Origin: an uncultured Rikenellaceae bacterium
GTDB taxonomy: Bacteria > Bacteroidota > Bacteroidia > Bacteroidales > VadinHA17
Length of the DNA stretch: 64,000 nt
Direction of reading: 5' to 3'
Assembly: GCA_964638955.1 (NCBI GenBank)
Contig: CAZWZQ010000004.1
Span: forward strand, 32,371 to 96,370
Shown here: positions 26,491 through 35,586 of the stretch, piece after piece
How the letters are laid out: every line of letters begins with the position of its first letter
Position numbering within the stretch: position 1 is the first letter of the stretch
Translations under genes and position numbers: made by a program
The notes under the pieces: model-generated
The model's input: only the letters and a program-made list of their open reading frames with translations
What the model was told of the DNA's origin: nothing
Databases searched by the model: none

Positions 26491-26548
26491 CGAACGCGCG
26501 ACCCACAGCTTAGAAGGCTGTTGCTCTATCCAACTGAGCTACGGAACC
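26475..26548 (-). tRNA. tRNA-Arg (anticodon TCT)
   Basis: The minus strand reads GGTTCCGTAGCTCAGTTGGATAGAGCAACAGCCTTCTAAGCTGTGGGTCGCGCGTTCGAATCGCGCCGGAATCA. It folds as a cloverleaf: acceptor GGTTCCG/CGGAATC, anticodon stem ACAGC/GCTGT with loop CTTCTAA, and T-arm GCGCG-TTCGAAT-CGCGC. No CCA is encoded. Confidence 0.93.
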
Positions 26549-26564
26549 GAAATCGGGTGCAAAT

Positions 26565-28340
26565 TTATAAGGATTTCATGTAATTAACAAGTCCCTTATG
26601 ATCTATGATCTGCTTCAACTTTTGAGGCAATGGTTCAAAACTGAATTTATGTGAACCGATGATAATCTCTCCCCTGTCAAAATCTATATCAACTTTATCA
26701 CCGGGCTTATATGATTCAACTGCATCTTTATGAACTATCAGAATAAGCCCCTGGTTGATTGATGAACGATAGAAGATCCTGTTGACTGATTTGACAATAA
26801 CAGCTTTTATCCCTGCATATACAAGTCCCACCGAAGGATGTTCCCTTGAGCTTCCGCATCCGAAATTGTCTCCTGCAATTATGATATCACCTTTTTTCAC
26901 ATTAGCGCTGAACGATGGATCAAAATCGGAAAAAAGCAATGGCAAAATTGCTGCAGGATCAGTGCTTAATACATTATATGTATGTTTACCGGCAAACATC
27001 TGGTCGGTATTCAGGTTATCAACATCGGCATAATTCCATACATTACCGGTTTTCCTGACCTCTCCTTCCCTGATCTCAACTGTTTTACTCCGGGAAGCTT
27101 TATAAGGATACTTTTCGGAACCCGGTTTCTTACGTGGATCAGTTATTATCCCTTTGATCGCTGAACAGGCTACTGTTGCAGGTGATGCAAGGTATATCGA
27201 TGCTTCCTTGTTTCCCATACGGCCCAAAAAATTACGATTGGCAGTTGAAATAACCGAATGCCCTGATGCCGGAATACCCTGACCGGTCCCCAGGCATGGA
27301 CCGCAGGATGGAGTAAGTACATTGGCACCCGACTCCATGAGATCAGTAATTATACCCTCTTCAATTGCATTTACATAGATCTTCCTGGATGCTGGAATAA
27401 CATTAAGCTGAAAACCTTCAAAGATTTTCTTTCCTTTTAATATCCTGGCAGCTATGCGCAGATCTTCAATCCTACCATTTGTACAGGTACCGATTAATCC
27501 CTCATGGACGGGTGTGCCCGCAACCTCATGAATAGATTTTATGTTATCCACATTATGTGGAGCTGCCACAACAGGAAAAACATCATTTAACAGGATGCTG
27601 ATCTCTCTGAAATATTCTGCCCCGGGGTCTGCCCAGACACCCTTTATTTTCTTACCCAAGAATTCAAAAAGTACCTGATCGGGAGGAAATACGGCATTCT
27701 TGGCTCCCATTTCGGAAGCAAGGTTTGCCAGTGTCATCCGGTCGGATATATTCAGGTTTTTAATACCCTCTCCGTGGTATTCAACTGACATATAATTTGC
27801 CCCGTCTGAGCCAATCATTCCTATTATCCACAGAGCCAGATCTTTAGCTGATACCCCCATCCTTAATTTACCGGTAAGAGTTATCCTTATTGATTCAGGC
27901 ACCCTGAACCAGGTCTCTCCTCTTTTCCATATACCTGCTGCTTCTGTTCTGTCTATTCCTGCAGCAAAGGCGTTAAATGCACCTGCTGTTGAGGTATGAC
28001 TGTCGCTGCCGACTATTAACATGCCCGGTCTGGCATGATACGACATAATCTGATGGCAAATACCCATACCCGCATCGTAAAATTTACTTATGCCCTGCTC
28101 CCTCATAATATCCCTGATATCCTGATATTGAGCTGCCAGTTTGGCACTTGTGGGCGGAGCATTATGATCAAGTACAACAAGTATTTGCCGTGGATCGGCA
28201 ACTTTTTGACCACCCATATTCCTGAAAGTTTTGTAAATGCTTGATGTATTATCATGGGTTAAAATAATATCAGGACGTGCAAAAATTATCGATCCGGCCG
28301 GAGCTTTAAATATCTTTTCAGCAAATGTTAATGGTTTCAT
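26565..28340 (-). CDS. aconitase-superfamily hydro-lyase, fused LeuC-like large and LeuD-like small domains (paralog A)
   Basis: 591 aa with the motifs ..VGSDSHT.. and ..IGTCTNGRIEDL.., ..PSCGPCLGTGQG.. (three cluster Cys) and ..STANRNFLGRMG... The C-terminal swivel domain has ..GDNFGCGSSREHP... Confidence 0.8.
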   Translation of the reverse strand: MKPLTFAEKIFKAPAGSIIFARPDIILTHDNTSSIYKTFRNMGGQKVADPRQILVVLDHNAPPTSAKLAAQYQDIRDIMREQGISKFYDAGMGICHQIMSYHARPGMLIVGSDSHTSTAGAFNAFAAGIDRTEAAGIWKRGETWFRVPESIRITLTGKLRMGVSAKDLALWIIGMIGSDGANYMSVEYHGEGIKNLNISDRMTLANLASEMGAKNAVFPPDQVLFEFLGKKIKGVWADPGAEYFREISILLNDVFPVVAAPHNVDNIKSIHEVAGTPVHEGLIGTCTNGRIEDLRIAARILKGKKIFEGFQLNVIPASRKIYVNAIEEGIITDLMESGANVLTPSCGPCLGTGQGIPASGHSVISTANRNFLGRMGNKEASIYLASPATVACSAIKGIITDPRKKPGSEKYPYKASRSKTVEIREGEVRKTGNVWNYADVDNLNTDQMFAGKHTYNVLSTDPAAILPLLFSDFDPSFSANVKKGDIIIAGDNFGCGSSREHPSVGLVYAGIKAVIVKSVNRIFYRSSINQGLILIVHKDAVESYKPGDKVDIDFDRGEIIIGSHKFSFEPLPQKLKQIIDHKGLVNYMKSL

Positions 28341-28359
28341 GTCAGTTATCAGTTATTAT

Positions 28360-30168
28360 TTATGCCAGCAAACCTCCGTTCCTGTATATTTCAAGCTGAA
28401 CATCTGAAAATGGCTCAGCATCAGTCTTTTTATTGTTTCTCAGGTTTATTATAATCCCGGTACTGAGGTTTATCTTAATATTGTCTCCATCATGTAACTC
28501 AAGCTCATCAAATGATTTACAGCATATAACCGGCAGTGCTGCATTTATTGCATTTCGCTCGTATATTGCCCCGAATGATTTCGCGACAATAGCCCGGATG
28601 CCTAATGAAATAAAGCAGTCAACTGCCTGCTGTCTTGAGCTTCCGCTTCCGAAATTTTTACCTGTGACCACTATATCCCCTGGCTGTGCTTTACCTGAGA
28701 AATCCTCAAATCCTTTAAGGTTATTAAAGGTATATTGTCCCATCTCTTTTGTATCGGTAATAGCCAGGTACCTGTTGTGAAAAATCATGTCAGTATCAAT
28801 ATTATCTCTTTGGACAAACCATATCCTTCCCGCAATTTCATCAGGTTTAGCTTTTATACTTTTCTTCTCATGACTATCAGTCACAGCAGTTGTCACTTTC
28901 TGTTCAAAAAGAGAAGGAACGGTGGGGATCATATCAGGTGTTGTTATATGTCCCGCCACAGCTGAAGCTGCGACCACTTCGGGTGAAGCCAGGAATACGC
29001 TTCCCTTTCCCTGTTTTCCGGGAAAATTTCTGTTTCCGGTGCTTATCGTTACTTCTCCCGGACCATTCTGTCCAACCTGTCCTGCAGCACATCCTGCACA
29101 GCCTGCATTGGAAACAAGAGTACCTGACTTTTTGAAGATATCCAAAAGTCCCTGCTCGAGGCAGATTTTCCATATTTCATCTGTTGCGGGAACAATTTTA
29201 AGGATTACTCCGGGAGCCACTTTTTTCCCCTTCAATATTGCAGCTGTCTTAAGCATATCCTCCATCCTGCCATTTGTACAGCTTCCTATAAATGCCGAAT
29301 CAATTTTTTGTCCGGCGACAGACATTACTGAAACGGTATCGTGAGGTTCTCCGGGACGGGAAACAAGCGGAAGAAAAACGGAGACATCTATTTCGATTGT
29401 TTTATCATATAAAGCCTCTTCATCTGCATACAGCGGCTGGAAATATTTTCCGGAACGTTTTCTGCAATAATCAATTACTTCCTGTGACGGCGGGAACAGA
29501 ATTATTATCGCACCCATCTCGGTTGCCATTGATGATATTGTCATTCTTTCATCAAGACTCATTTTATCGACCGGATCACCGTACATTTCCACGGAATACC
29601 CAAGGAGTGAGTTTGCACCGAAGATGCCCAGAAGATTAAGTATGACATCTTTTGCAGAAATGTTCCCCGGCATTTTTCCCTTGAGGTTTATTTTTACTGA
29701 AGGCGGCACCTTGAACCAAATTTTCCCTTTATGCCAGGCTGCAGCAATATCCATATCTCCCATTCCCTGTCCGAAGGCTCCCACAGCACCAAGAATATTA
29801 GCATGAGAATCGGTCGAAACGGCTGTAGCCCCCGGTACGACAAAGCCCTCATCAATCAGAATGTGAGTACCAATACCTGCATTTATATCGAAAACCCTTA
29901 TTCCGTTTTCACGGGCAAACTGCCGGCAAAGGTGTTGATTTACTGCATATTTCTGATCCGATCCGGTGGGGTTGCAGTCGAATGTAAATAACGTCTTCTC
30001 AGGATTTTCTATATTCAATTTATGCTCCATGATATTTTTTACCACATTTGCACCGCCAAAATCGCGTGCGACCCGTATATCAATATCGATGTCAGTAATT
30101 TCTCCCGGCTTCAGGATATTTGATCCTGAATGAGCAGCAAGGATTTTTTCAACCAATGTCATTGCCAT
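28360..30168 (-). CDS. aconitase-superfamily hydro-lyase, fused LeuC-like large and LeuD-like small domains (paralog B)
   Basis: 602 aa with the motifs ..VSTDSHA.., ..IGSCTNGRMEDM.., ..NAGCAGCAAGQVG.. and ..STGNRNFPGKQG... The C-terminal domain has ..GKNFGSGSSRQQA... It shares only about 30% identity with paralog A by eye. The gap to paralog A is 19 nt. Confidence 0.8.
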   Translation of the reverse strand: MAMTLVEKILAAHSGSNILKPGEITDIDIDIRVARDFGGANVVKNIMEHKLNIENPEKTLFTFDCNPTGSDQKYAVNQHLCRQFARENGIRVFDINAGIGTHILIDEGFVVPGATAVSTDSHANILGAVGAFGQGMGDMDIAAAWHKGKIWFKVPPSVKINLKGKMPGNISAKDVILNLLGIFGANSLLGYSVEMYGDPVDKMSLDERMTISSMATEMGAIIILFPPSQEVIDYCRKRSGKYFQPLYADEEALYDKTIEIDVSVFLPLVSRPGEPHDTVSVMSVAGQKIDSAFIGSCTNGRMEDMLKTAAILKGKKVAPGVILKIVPATDEIWKICLEQGLLDIFKKSGTLVSNAGCAGCAAGQVGQNGPGEVTISTGNRNFPGKQGKGSVFLASPEVVAASAVAGHITTPDMIPTVPSLFEQKVTTAVTDSHEKKSIKAKPDEIAGRIWFVQRDNIDTDMIFHNRYLAITDTKEMGQYTFNNLKGFEDFSGKAQPGDIVVTGKNFGSGSSRQQAVDCFISLGIRAIVAKSFGAIYERNAINAALPVICCKSFDELELHDGDNIKINLSTGIIINLRNNKKTDAEPFSDVQLEIYRNGGLLA

Positions 30169-30212
30169 AGTTTGATCATTAAAAAGGTTAATGCCATTAT
30201 TTTACTATGTTT

Positions 30213-31061
30213 TTACCTGTACTGAGCCCTGTAATCTCTTGGTGATAGTCCCTCAGTTTTACGGAATTGTTTATTAAAGTTAGAGATACTTTCAAAGCCG
30301 CACTCGACTGCAATGTCCTGGACCTGGTATTCGGTTTCCCGAAGAAGATAACAGGCTTTATTAGTTCTTACCCGGTTCAGGTATTCAACAAATCCTGCTC
30401 CGCAATTCTTTTTGAAGAAGCGACTAAAGGATATAGGACTCATTTCGGCTATTTTGGCAATCTGCTCAAGAGATATCTGTTTAAAGTAATTTTCCCTTAT
30501 ATAAGTATACACATCTGTCATTTTCTTATTTCCTCTTTCATCATAAGTCTGCTTATAATTTTCGGAGCAGAGGAGCACCTTTTTCTCAGACTGGCACATG
30601 ATCTTCAGGACAATAAAGAAATCGATCATTTTATCAATTCCTTTATTGTTTACCATCTGTACCAGATATTTTTCAGTTTTTCTGGCATCTTCTGTGGAAA
30701 ATCCGATACCACGTTCAGCCTGATTCAGCAGCTCATTTACACAGTCCATCTCATGCTGAGAAAGGAGAGCATCTCCAAGTGATGACTTCCTGAAATGTAC
30801 CATTATACCATGTTTATCGGGAAGCGCTACGTCATGTTTATAATAATTCCAGGAGTGGGGTATATTTCCGGCAACAAGGACCATATCATAATGGTCAAAT
30901 AATTCAACACTGTCGCCCACAATACGTGTCCCGTTACTTTTAATATTCAATACCAGTTCATACTCCGGATGAAAATGCCATAATCCGCCGGTGTCGCTTA
31001 TATATTCAGCTGTAAATCCGCCGGAATTTTTATAATTAATCTTCTCAAGTTCTGCTATCAT
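30213..31061 (-). CDS. AraC-family transcriptional regulator (cupin N-domain plus HTH)
   Basis: 282 aa. The C-terminal AraC HTH region is ..ISLEQIAKIAEMSPISFSRFFKK...VQDIAVECGFESISNFNKQFRK... It lies 44 nt upstream of paralog B on the same strand. Confidence 0.85.
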   Translation of the reverse strand: MIAELEKINYKNSGGFTAEYISDTGGLWHFHPEYELVLNIKSNGTRIVGDSVELFDHYDMVLVAGNIPHSWNYYKHDVALPDKHGIMVHFRKSSLGDALLSQHEMDCVNELLNQAERGIGFSTEDARKTEKYLVQMVNNKGIDKMIDFFIVLKIMCQSEKKVLLCSENYKQTYDERGNKKMTDVYTYIRENYFKQISLEQIAKIAEMSPISFSRFFKKNCGAGFVEYLNRVRTNKACYLLRETEYQVQDIAVECGFESISNFNKQFRKTEGLSPRDYRAQYR

Positions 31062-31182
31062 TATTATTGAAGAGTCTTAATCAGCGGCCTTATCAAATTT
31101 ACGCATTATTCTTTCAATATCCGATCAGAACCATTTTAAAAATATTTTTTCAGGATTATTTTGATTATATTATTTTATTATT

Positions 31183-31412
31183 TAAATTTGTTACCAAGCT
31201 CATGCTATTGGTATAAGAGGAGTTGAGCAAGGGTTGGGAGTGAAAATCAACAGGATTGTATTGCAGACATTGACTTTCACATCTGGAACCTGAGGAATAG
31301 CGCCAGCTAACCATGGTTCCATCCTTTTATCAGACAGTAGACACGGGAATTATTTCATAAATAAAACCCGCTCCCTGATCTTCACAACCACCCTTCCTCC
31401 TCTTATTTTTTT
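31183..31412 (+). ncRNA. candidate small RNA or 5' leader: promoter box, closed multi-helix domain and a U-run
   Basis: A perfect TAnnTTTG box (TAAATTTG) lies at 31183-31190. The purine tract AAGAGGAG..AAGGGTTGG (31215-31237) can pair with CCACCCTT-CCTCCTCTT (31388-31404), which is followed by ATTTTTTT (31405-31412). Two internal hairpins are GTGAAAATCAA/TTGACTTTCAC (31240-31280) and TGGAACC/GGTTCCA (31284-31321). Confidence 0.35.
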
Positions 31413-31532
31413 GTATATGTATTATCCTGTCTGTCCCATTATATGTTCAACTTTTAGTATAAGTAAAAAATTAAATTATCTTTATATCGAGGTAAAAAGG
31501 GGAATCCTAATTTTAATTACTTATCAAGTACG

Positions 31533-32267
31533 ATGAAGACGTATATAAGAAGAAGGGATACGAATGATCAGCTTATTGTTCTGTACGGGGGATGGGGTGC
31601 TGATGAGAATGTCTTCACACCATTATGTACAGATGATTTTGATTTTATTCTTTTTTACAACTATTCTGCTGATGAAGCTCTGGTATTGCCGGAAATGAAG
31701 GTTTACAGGAAAATCATCATAATAGGCTGGTCTCTTGGTGTATGGGCAGCTGAATATCTTTCTTTGAGAACAGGGATCAAACCCGATCTGACCATTGCCG
31801 TAAACGGCACTCCAATACCCGCAGATGACAGGTTTGGAATCCCGCTGAAAGTATTTGAAGGCACACTGGAAAATATTTCAGAGACAAACATGGAAAAATT
31901 TTATTTGAGGATGTTTGGCGACAAGAAAACATACATGACTAATGCTGACCGGATTCCACACAGGACAATAAAATCGCTTAATGATGAACTCAGGTGGCTC
32001 TACAACAGGATAATGGAACAAACAGAACCGGGCTTCAGATGGGATTATGCTGTTACAAGCGAAAATGACCGTATATTCCCTTCAGAGAATGTAAAGAGTT
32101 ACTGGGAAAAAGAAAAGTATACCGGGCAGATAATTGTGCCAATGCCTCATTATCTGTTTTTCAGATGGGATTCCTTTTCTGATTTTGTAAGTTATGTTGA
32201 AAAATCCAAAAAGAATAGACGCTCTAAAGATGTTGCTATTCGGGCAGATGCAATCACAGATTTTTGA
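31533..32267 (+). CDS. bioG: pimeloyl-ACP methyl ester esterase BioG (DUF452)
   Basis: It has ..LIVLYGGWGADENVF.., the nucleophile elbow ..IIIGWSLGVWAAE.. and ..AVNGTPIPADDRFGIPLKVFEGTLENISE.., which closely parallel Haemophilus BioG (..AVNGTGLPCDDSFGIPYAVFKGTLENLTE..). Confidence 0.8.
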   Translation: MKTYIRRRDTNDQLIVLYGGWGADENVFTPLCTDDFDFILFYNYSADEALVLPEMKVYRKIIIIGWSLGVWAAEYLSLRTGIKPDLTIAVNGTPIPADDRFGIPLKVFEGTLENISETNMEKFYLRMFGDKKTYMTNADRIPHRTIKSLNDELRWLYNRIMEQTEPGFRWDYAVTSENDRIFPSENVKSYWEKEKYTGQIIVPMPHYLFFRWDSFSDFVSYVEKSKKNRRSKDVAIRADAITDF

Positions 32268-33597
32268 TTAATATATTGTGGTCAGATTTTGTTTTGAGCT
32301 TGTCAAATTTTTCAAGAATTGTAATTACCTTTTCATAATCCTTATTTCTTAATGCTAACTGTTGTTCAATGCCTTTTTTATCAAGCCTTGAAAGCACGAA
32401 ATTCACAGTCATCTTATTAATATCAAGTGCCGGCTGGTACAACCTCTGTTTCTGTTCATTTTCATGAATAATCGACACAAGATCAGCATTGCCTAGATCC
32501 TGGAGAATATCGCGGGCCAGGCGAACAGGTATCTGCAGAGTTTTACCTATTTTTTCGGCACTGACAGGTTTTTCACCGACAGCGAAATTTCTGATGATCA
32601 TATGCATGATCAGAATTACAAGTGCCCGTTTCTGGAAATAGCTCACATTCAGAGCCTCAGATTCAAATTCATAGCGAGAGATATTCTGGTTGGCAAAGGA
32701 GAGTTCAGCTCCAATAAGAACAAGTGTCCAGGTTGTTTGCAGGAAGATGATAAACAAAGGTATAGCAGCAAGACCTCCATAGATGGCACTAAGTTTTGTT
32801 ATTCCGAATTGAAGATCAAGATAAAGCCACTGCAGACCTTTTAACAACAAACCTGTGATGATCCCTGAAACAAGAGCAGGCCAAAACTTGACCTTTGCGT
32901 TTGGCATTACAATAAATAATAGTGTCAGGATAAGCCATGTAAGAAAGAAGGGAGCAAATTTGATAAGAAAACTTATCACCGGCTTAAAAAATGACAGTAT
33001 CGGTGCCTTTGAAATATAATCAGTTAATTCGGTACTGATAAACACAGTGATACTGCTTGAAAGAATGAGTATCACAGGTGCAAAAACCATTATTGTCAGA
33101 TAATCCGTGAATTTTCTGTGCCATTGTCTGGAAGAGGTTATCTGCCATATGTGGTTAAATGAACTTTCTATCTGCTCAAGTAACGAGACCACTGACCAGA
33201 ACAGTATGATCATTCCTATTCCGGCAATATAGCCTCCTCTTGTTTCCTGTATTGTAAGTCTTGCTCTGTTAAGCAGAGGAGTGAGAATTTCACTGTATGA
33301 CTGAAAATCCTTTGAATTTGTAATAAGGCCCTCAAGGTTCTGATCAAGCCCGAATCCTTTTGCAATGGCAAATGCAATAGCAATAACGGGAATAATTGAT
33401 AAAAGAGTATAAAATGTAAGGGCTGAAGCCCGTAGTTGAACCTTGTCTTTCAATGAACCGCGGCCAGCTATAAAAAGGATCCGCAACTGTTTGATTAAGA
33501 ACGTTTTCTTCCTTGATAATTCTGAGAGCGGGGTGTGCCATATTGCATCATTCCACTTTTTAGCCTGGTTCAGAGTCCATGATACAGGATTAGCCAT
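32254..33597 (-). CDS. YihY/BrkB-family membrane protein with a C-terminal winged-helix-like extension
   Basis: 447 aa with six TM helices in the YihY arrangement and a soluble tail of about 140 aa. It overlaps bioG convergently by 14 nt. Confidence 0.65.
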   Translation of the reverse strand: MANPVSWTLNQAKKWNDAIWHTPLSELSRKKTFLIKQLRILFIAGRGSLKDKVQLRASALTFYTLLSIIPVIAIAFAIAKGFGLDQNLEGLITNSKDFQSYSEILTPLLNRARLTIQETRGGYIAGIGMIILFWSVVSLLEQIESSFNHIWQITSSRQWHRKFTDYLTIMVFAPVILILSSSITVFISTELTDYISKAPILSFFKPVISFLIKFAPFFLTWLILTLLFIVMPNAKVKFWPALVSGIITGLLLKGLQWLYLDLQFGITKLSAIYGGLAAIPLFIIFLQTTWTLVLIGAELSFANQNISRYEFESEALNVSYFQKRALVILIMHMIIRNFAVGEKPVSAEKIGKTLQIPVRLARDILQDLGNADLVSIIHENEQKQRLYQPALDINKMTVNFVLSRLDKKGIEQQLALRNKDYEKVITILEKFDKLKTKSDHNILIKNL

Positions 33598-33718
33598 GGT
33601 TTAAGTTTTCATGTTATTAGTAATATAGAACACAGTTAGTTCCAGCTTCAAATATACAAAATACGAAAGGGTGTATAATAAAAAAAATTATTATTTTCAC
33701 TCAGTATGATTTTGAATC

Positions 33719-34411
33719 ATGAAGATAGAAATCCTTGAGTTTATAAGTGGAGCTGAAAAAGCAACGGGTGTTACAGTGATAATAGATGTCTTCAGGGCAT
33801 TTTCTACAGCCTGCTATGCCTCTGATGCAGGAGCTGTAAGAATAATAGCCACATCAGAAGTGCAGAAAGCATTTGAATTGCGTAATAGCTACAAGAATTG
33901 TGTGCTTTCAGGTGAAAGTGATGAGAAAAACATTGAAGGATTTGATTTCGGGAACAGTCCAACCGAAATGATCAAGGCTGATCTGAGTGGTAAAACAGTT
34001 ATACAAACCACCACTGCAGGTACCCGTGGATTAATTAATGCGGTAAATGCAGATGTACTACTGACCGGAAGCTTCGTTAATGCTGACGCAGTGACAAGTT
34101 ATATAAAAGCACTGAACCCGGAAAACGTATCCCTTGTTGCAATGGGATACAGGGGTACTATCTCTTCTGAAGAGGATTTCATCTGTGCAGAAATGATAAA
34201 ATCAGGTCTCGAAGGTAAAGGAACAGATTTTAATAAAAGGATCAGCGACCTGAGGTATGGGGCCGGAAAAAGATTTTTTAACCCGGAAAACCTGTACTTC
34301 TCTCCTCCTACCGATTTTTTCCTGTGCACAATGAAGAACAGGTTTAGTTTTATTCTCAAGGGCGAAAAAAGACACGATGGGAATGTTGACCTGATGAGAA
34401 TTGATCTTTGA
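33719..34411 (+). CDS. 2-phosphosulfolactate phosphatase (ComB) family protein
   Basis: 230 aa. The motif ..GVTVIIDVFRAFSTACYA.. resembles the ComB ..VIDVLRATTT.. motif. Family-level call only. Confidence 0.55.
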   Translation: MKIEILEFISGAEKATGVTVIIDVFRAFSTACYASDAGAVRIIATSEVQKAFELRNSYKNCVLSGESDEKNIEGFDFGNSPTEMIKADLSGKTVIQTTTAGTRGLINAVNADVLLTGSFVNADAVTSYIKALNPENVSLVAMGYRGTISSEEDFICAEMIKSGLEGKGTDFNKRISDLRYGAGKRFFNPENLYFSPPTDFFLCTMKNRFSFILKGEKRHDGNVDLMRIDL

Positions 34412-34504
34412 ACCTCCCGATATCAGGGCTCTATCCACAAATAAATCAAATACGAATACCGGAAAATACTAATATAAAGATCTGTATTCGCACTCCTTCA
34501 TTAT

Positions 34505-35464
34505 TTACAGATCAAGTGATTCAGGGATGATAACAGGGAGTATTCTTCTTCTCCTCCTGTGAATTTCGCGATATGCACAGAAAATACATACCTTATAAAA
34601 ATGGAACAGCCACATTGGAGGATTTGCAGAATCGATTCTTATTTCCATTCTTTCTCTGAAACGTACAAGGATCGCTACAAGTATAAGTCTCACCCTGATA
34701 AGGCGCAGCTTGTCATAAAGACGAAGCATCCTTACTGATGAAACAAAGGCTTTCTTATCAGTAACCCGGTCATATAACCGGCTTAGATTTTCGAGACTCT
34801 GTTTTGTTTTATGTAGATATTCCCCGTTTGACTCCAACCCCTCATGAAAAAGTCCATTATCAATATGCAGTATATTTATCCCTGCCTTATTGAGCTGGTA
34901 ACTGAACAGGGTATCCTCATGCCCATATTGCTTGAGCTCTTCATTAAAGCGTAATTTCGAAAAAATTGTCCTGTCGATCAGGAAATTAAATGAAGAGAAG
35001 GAGGCGTGCGGGTGTTTGTTTCTCTGAGCTGCTTTTTGTTGTTCTCTCTTAATCCCGTATTTCCATCTCAACATTTTATCAGGGTCACCGGGGGGACTTT
35101 CATGATACAGGATACCACCCGAGATAACCCGTGCCGATGACATAACATTTATCCAGTTTTTCAGGTAAGCCTCTGCAGTGGAGGGAATCATGGTATCCGC
35201 ATCAATAAACAGCAGAAAGTCACCTTTTGATTGCAGCGCCAGCCTGTTTCTTATTGCAGATCTTCCTATATTCTTCTTTGAACGTATAACCCTTACACCA
35301 TTGCCTTCAAGTGATTTGTATTTTGAATGGAATTCAGTGGAAGAACCATCTTCACCAATAATTATTTCAAGAAATTCCGGAAACTTGCCAATACAGCCTT
35401 TCATACTGTGTACCAAAGCCACAATATCATAATCGCAGACAGGAATAAGCAAGGAAATAGTCAT
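34505..35464 (-). CDS. family 2 glycosyltransferase
   Basis: 319 aa with the N-terminal ..SLLIPVCDYD.. and the DxD-type ..LLFIDADTMI... Confidence 0.75.
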   Translation of the reverse strand: MTISLLIPVCDYDIVALVHSMKGCIGKFPEFLEIIIGEDGSSTEFHSKYKSLEGNGVRVIRSKKNIGRSAIRNRLALQSKGDFLLFIDADTMIPSTAEAYLKNWINVMSSARVISGGILYHESPPGDPDKMLRWKYGIKREQQKAAQRNKHPHASFSSFNFLIDRTIFSKLRFNEELKQYGHEDTLFSYQLNKAGINILHIDNGLFHEGLESNGEYLHKTKQSLENLSRLYDRVTDKKAFVSSVRMLRLYDKLRLIRVRLILVAILVRFRERMEIRIDSANPPMWLFHFYKVCIFCAYREIHRRRRRILPVIIPESLDL

Positions 35465-35586
35465 TATTACCCTGGAAATTAACCATTCAAAAATACAATA
35501 TATTTCTTTATGTTGAAAAATTATGAATTTGGCAGTAAAATTGTAATGACTATTTTTGTCATCATCTTTTACAGCTTTATATTTTT

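Noticed and set aside
26221-26548. Intact prophage, ICE or genomic island at tRNA-Arg
   Set aside because: Only 158 bp separate the two att-like repeats. No integrase, excisionase or cargo genes are present in the window, so at most a remnant or miniature element remains.
28433-29991. Several 76-140 aa plus-strand and internal minus-strand ORFs within dehydratase paralog B
   Set aside because: They are overlapping alternative frames of a gene with clear aconitase-family motifs. None has its own recognisable features.
26565-30168. Annotating the two fused dehydratases as leuCD (leucine biosynthesis)
   Set aside because: No leuA or leuB is adjacent, an AraC-type (catabolic-style) regulator sits upstream, and the two are deeply divergent paralogs. 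I kept the call at the superfamily level.
31200-31330. Cobalamin or TPP riboswitch in the araC-bioG spacer
   Set aside because: GGGAGTGAAAATC and GAACCTGAGGAATAGCGCCAGC resemble fragments of those consensus sequences. However, the B12 box, the GCCACUG-type motif, the CUGAGA element and the matching helices are all absent, and bioG has no known link to either cofactor.
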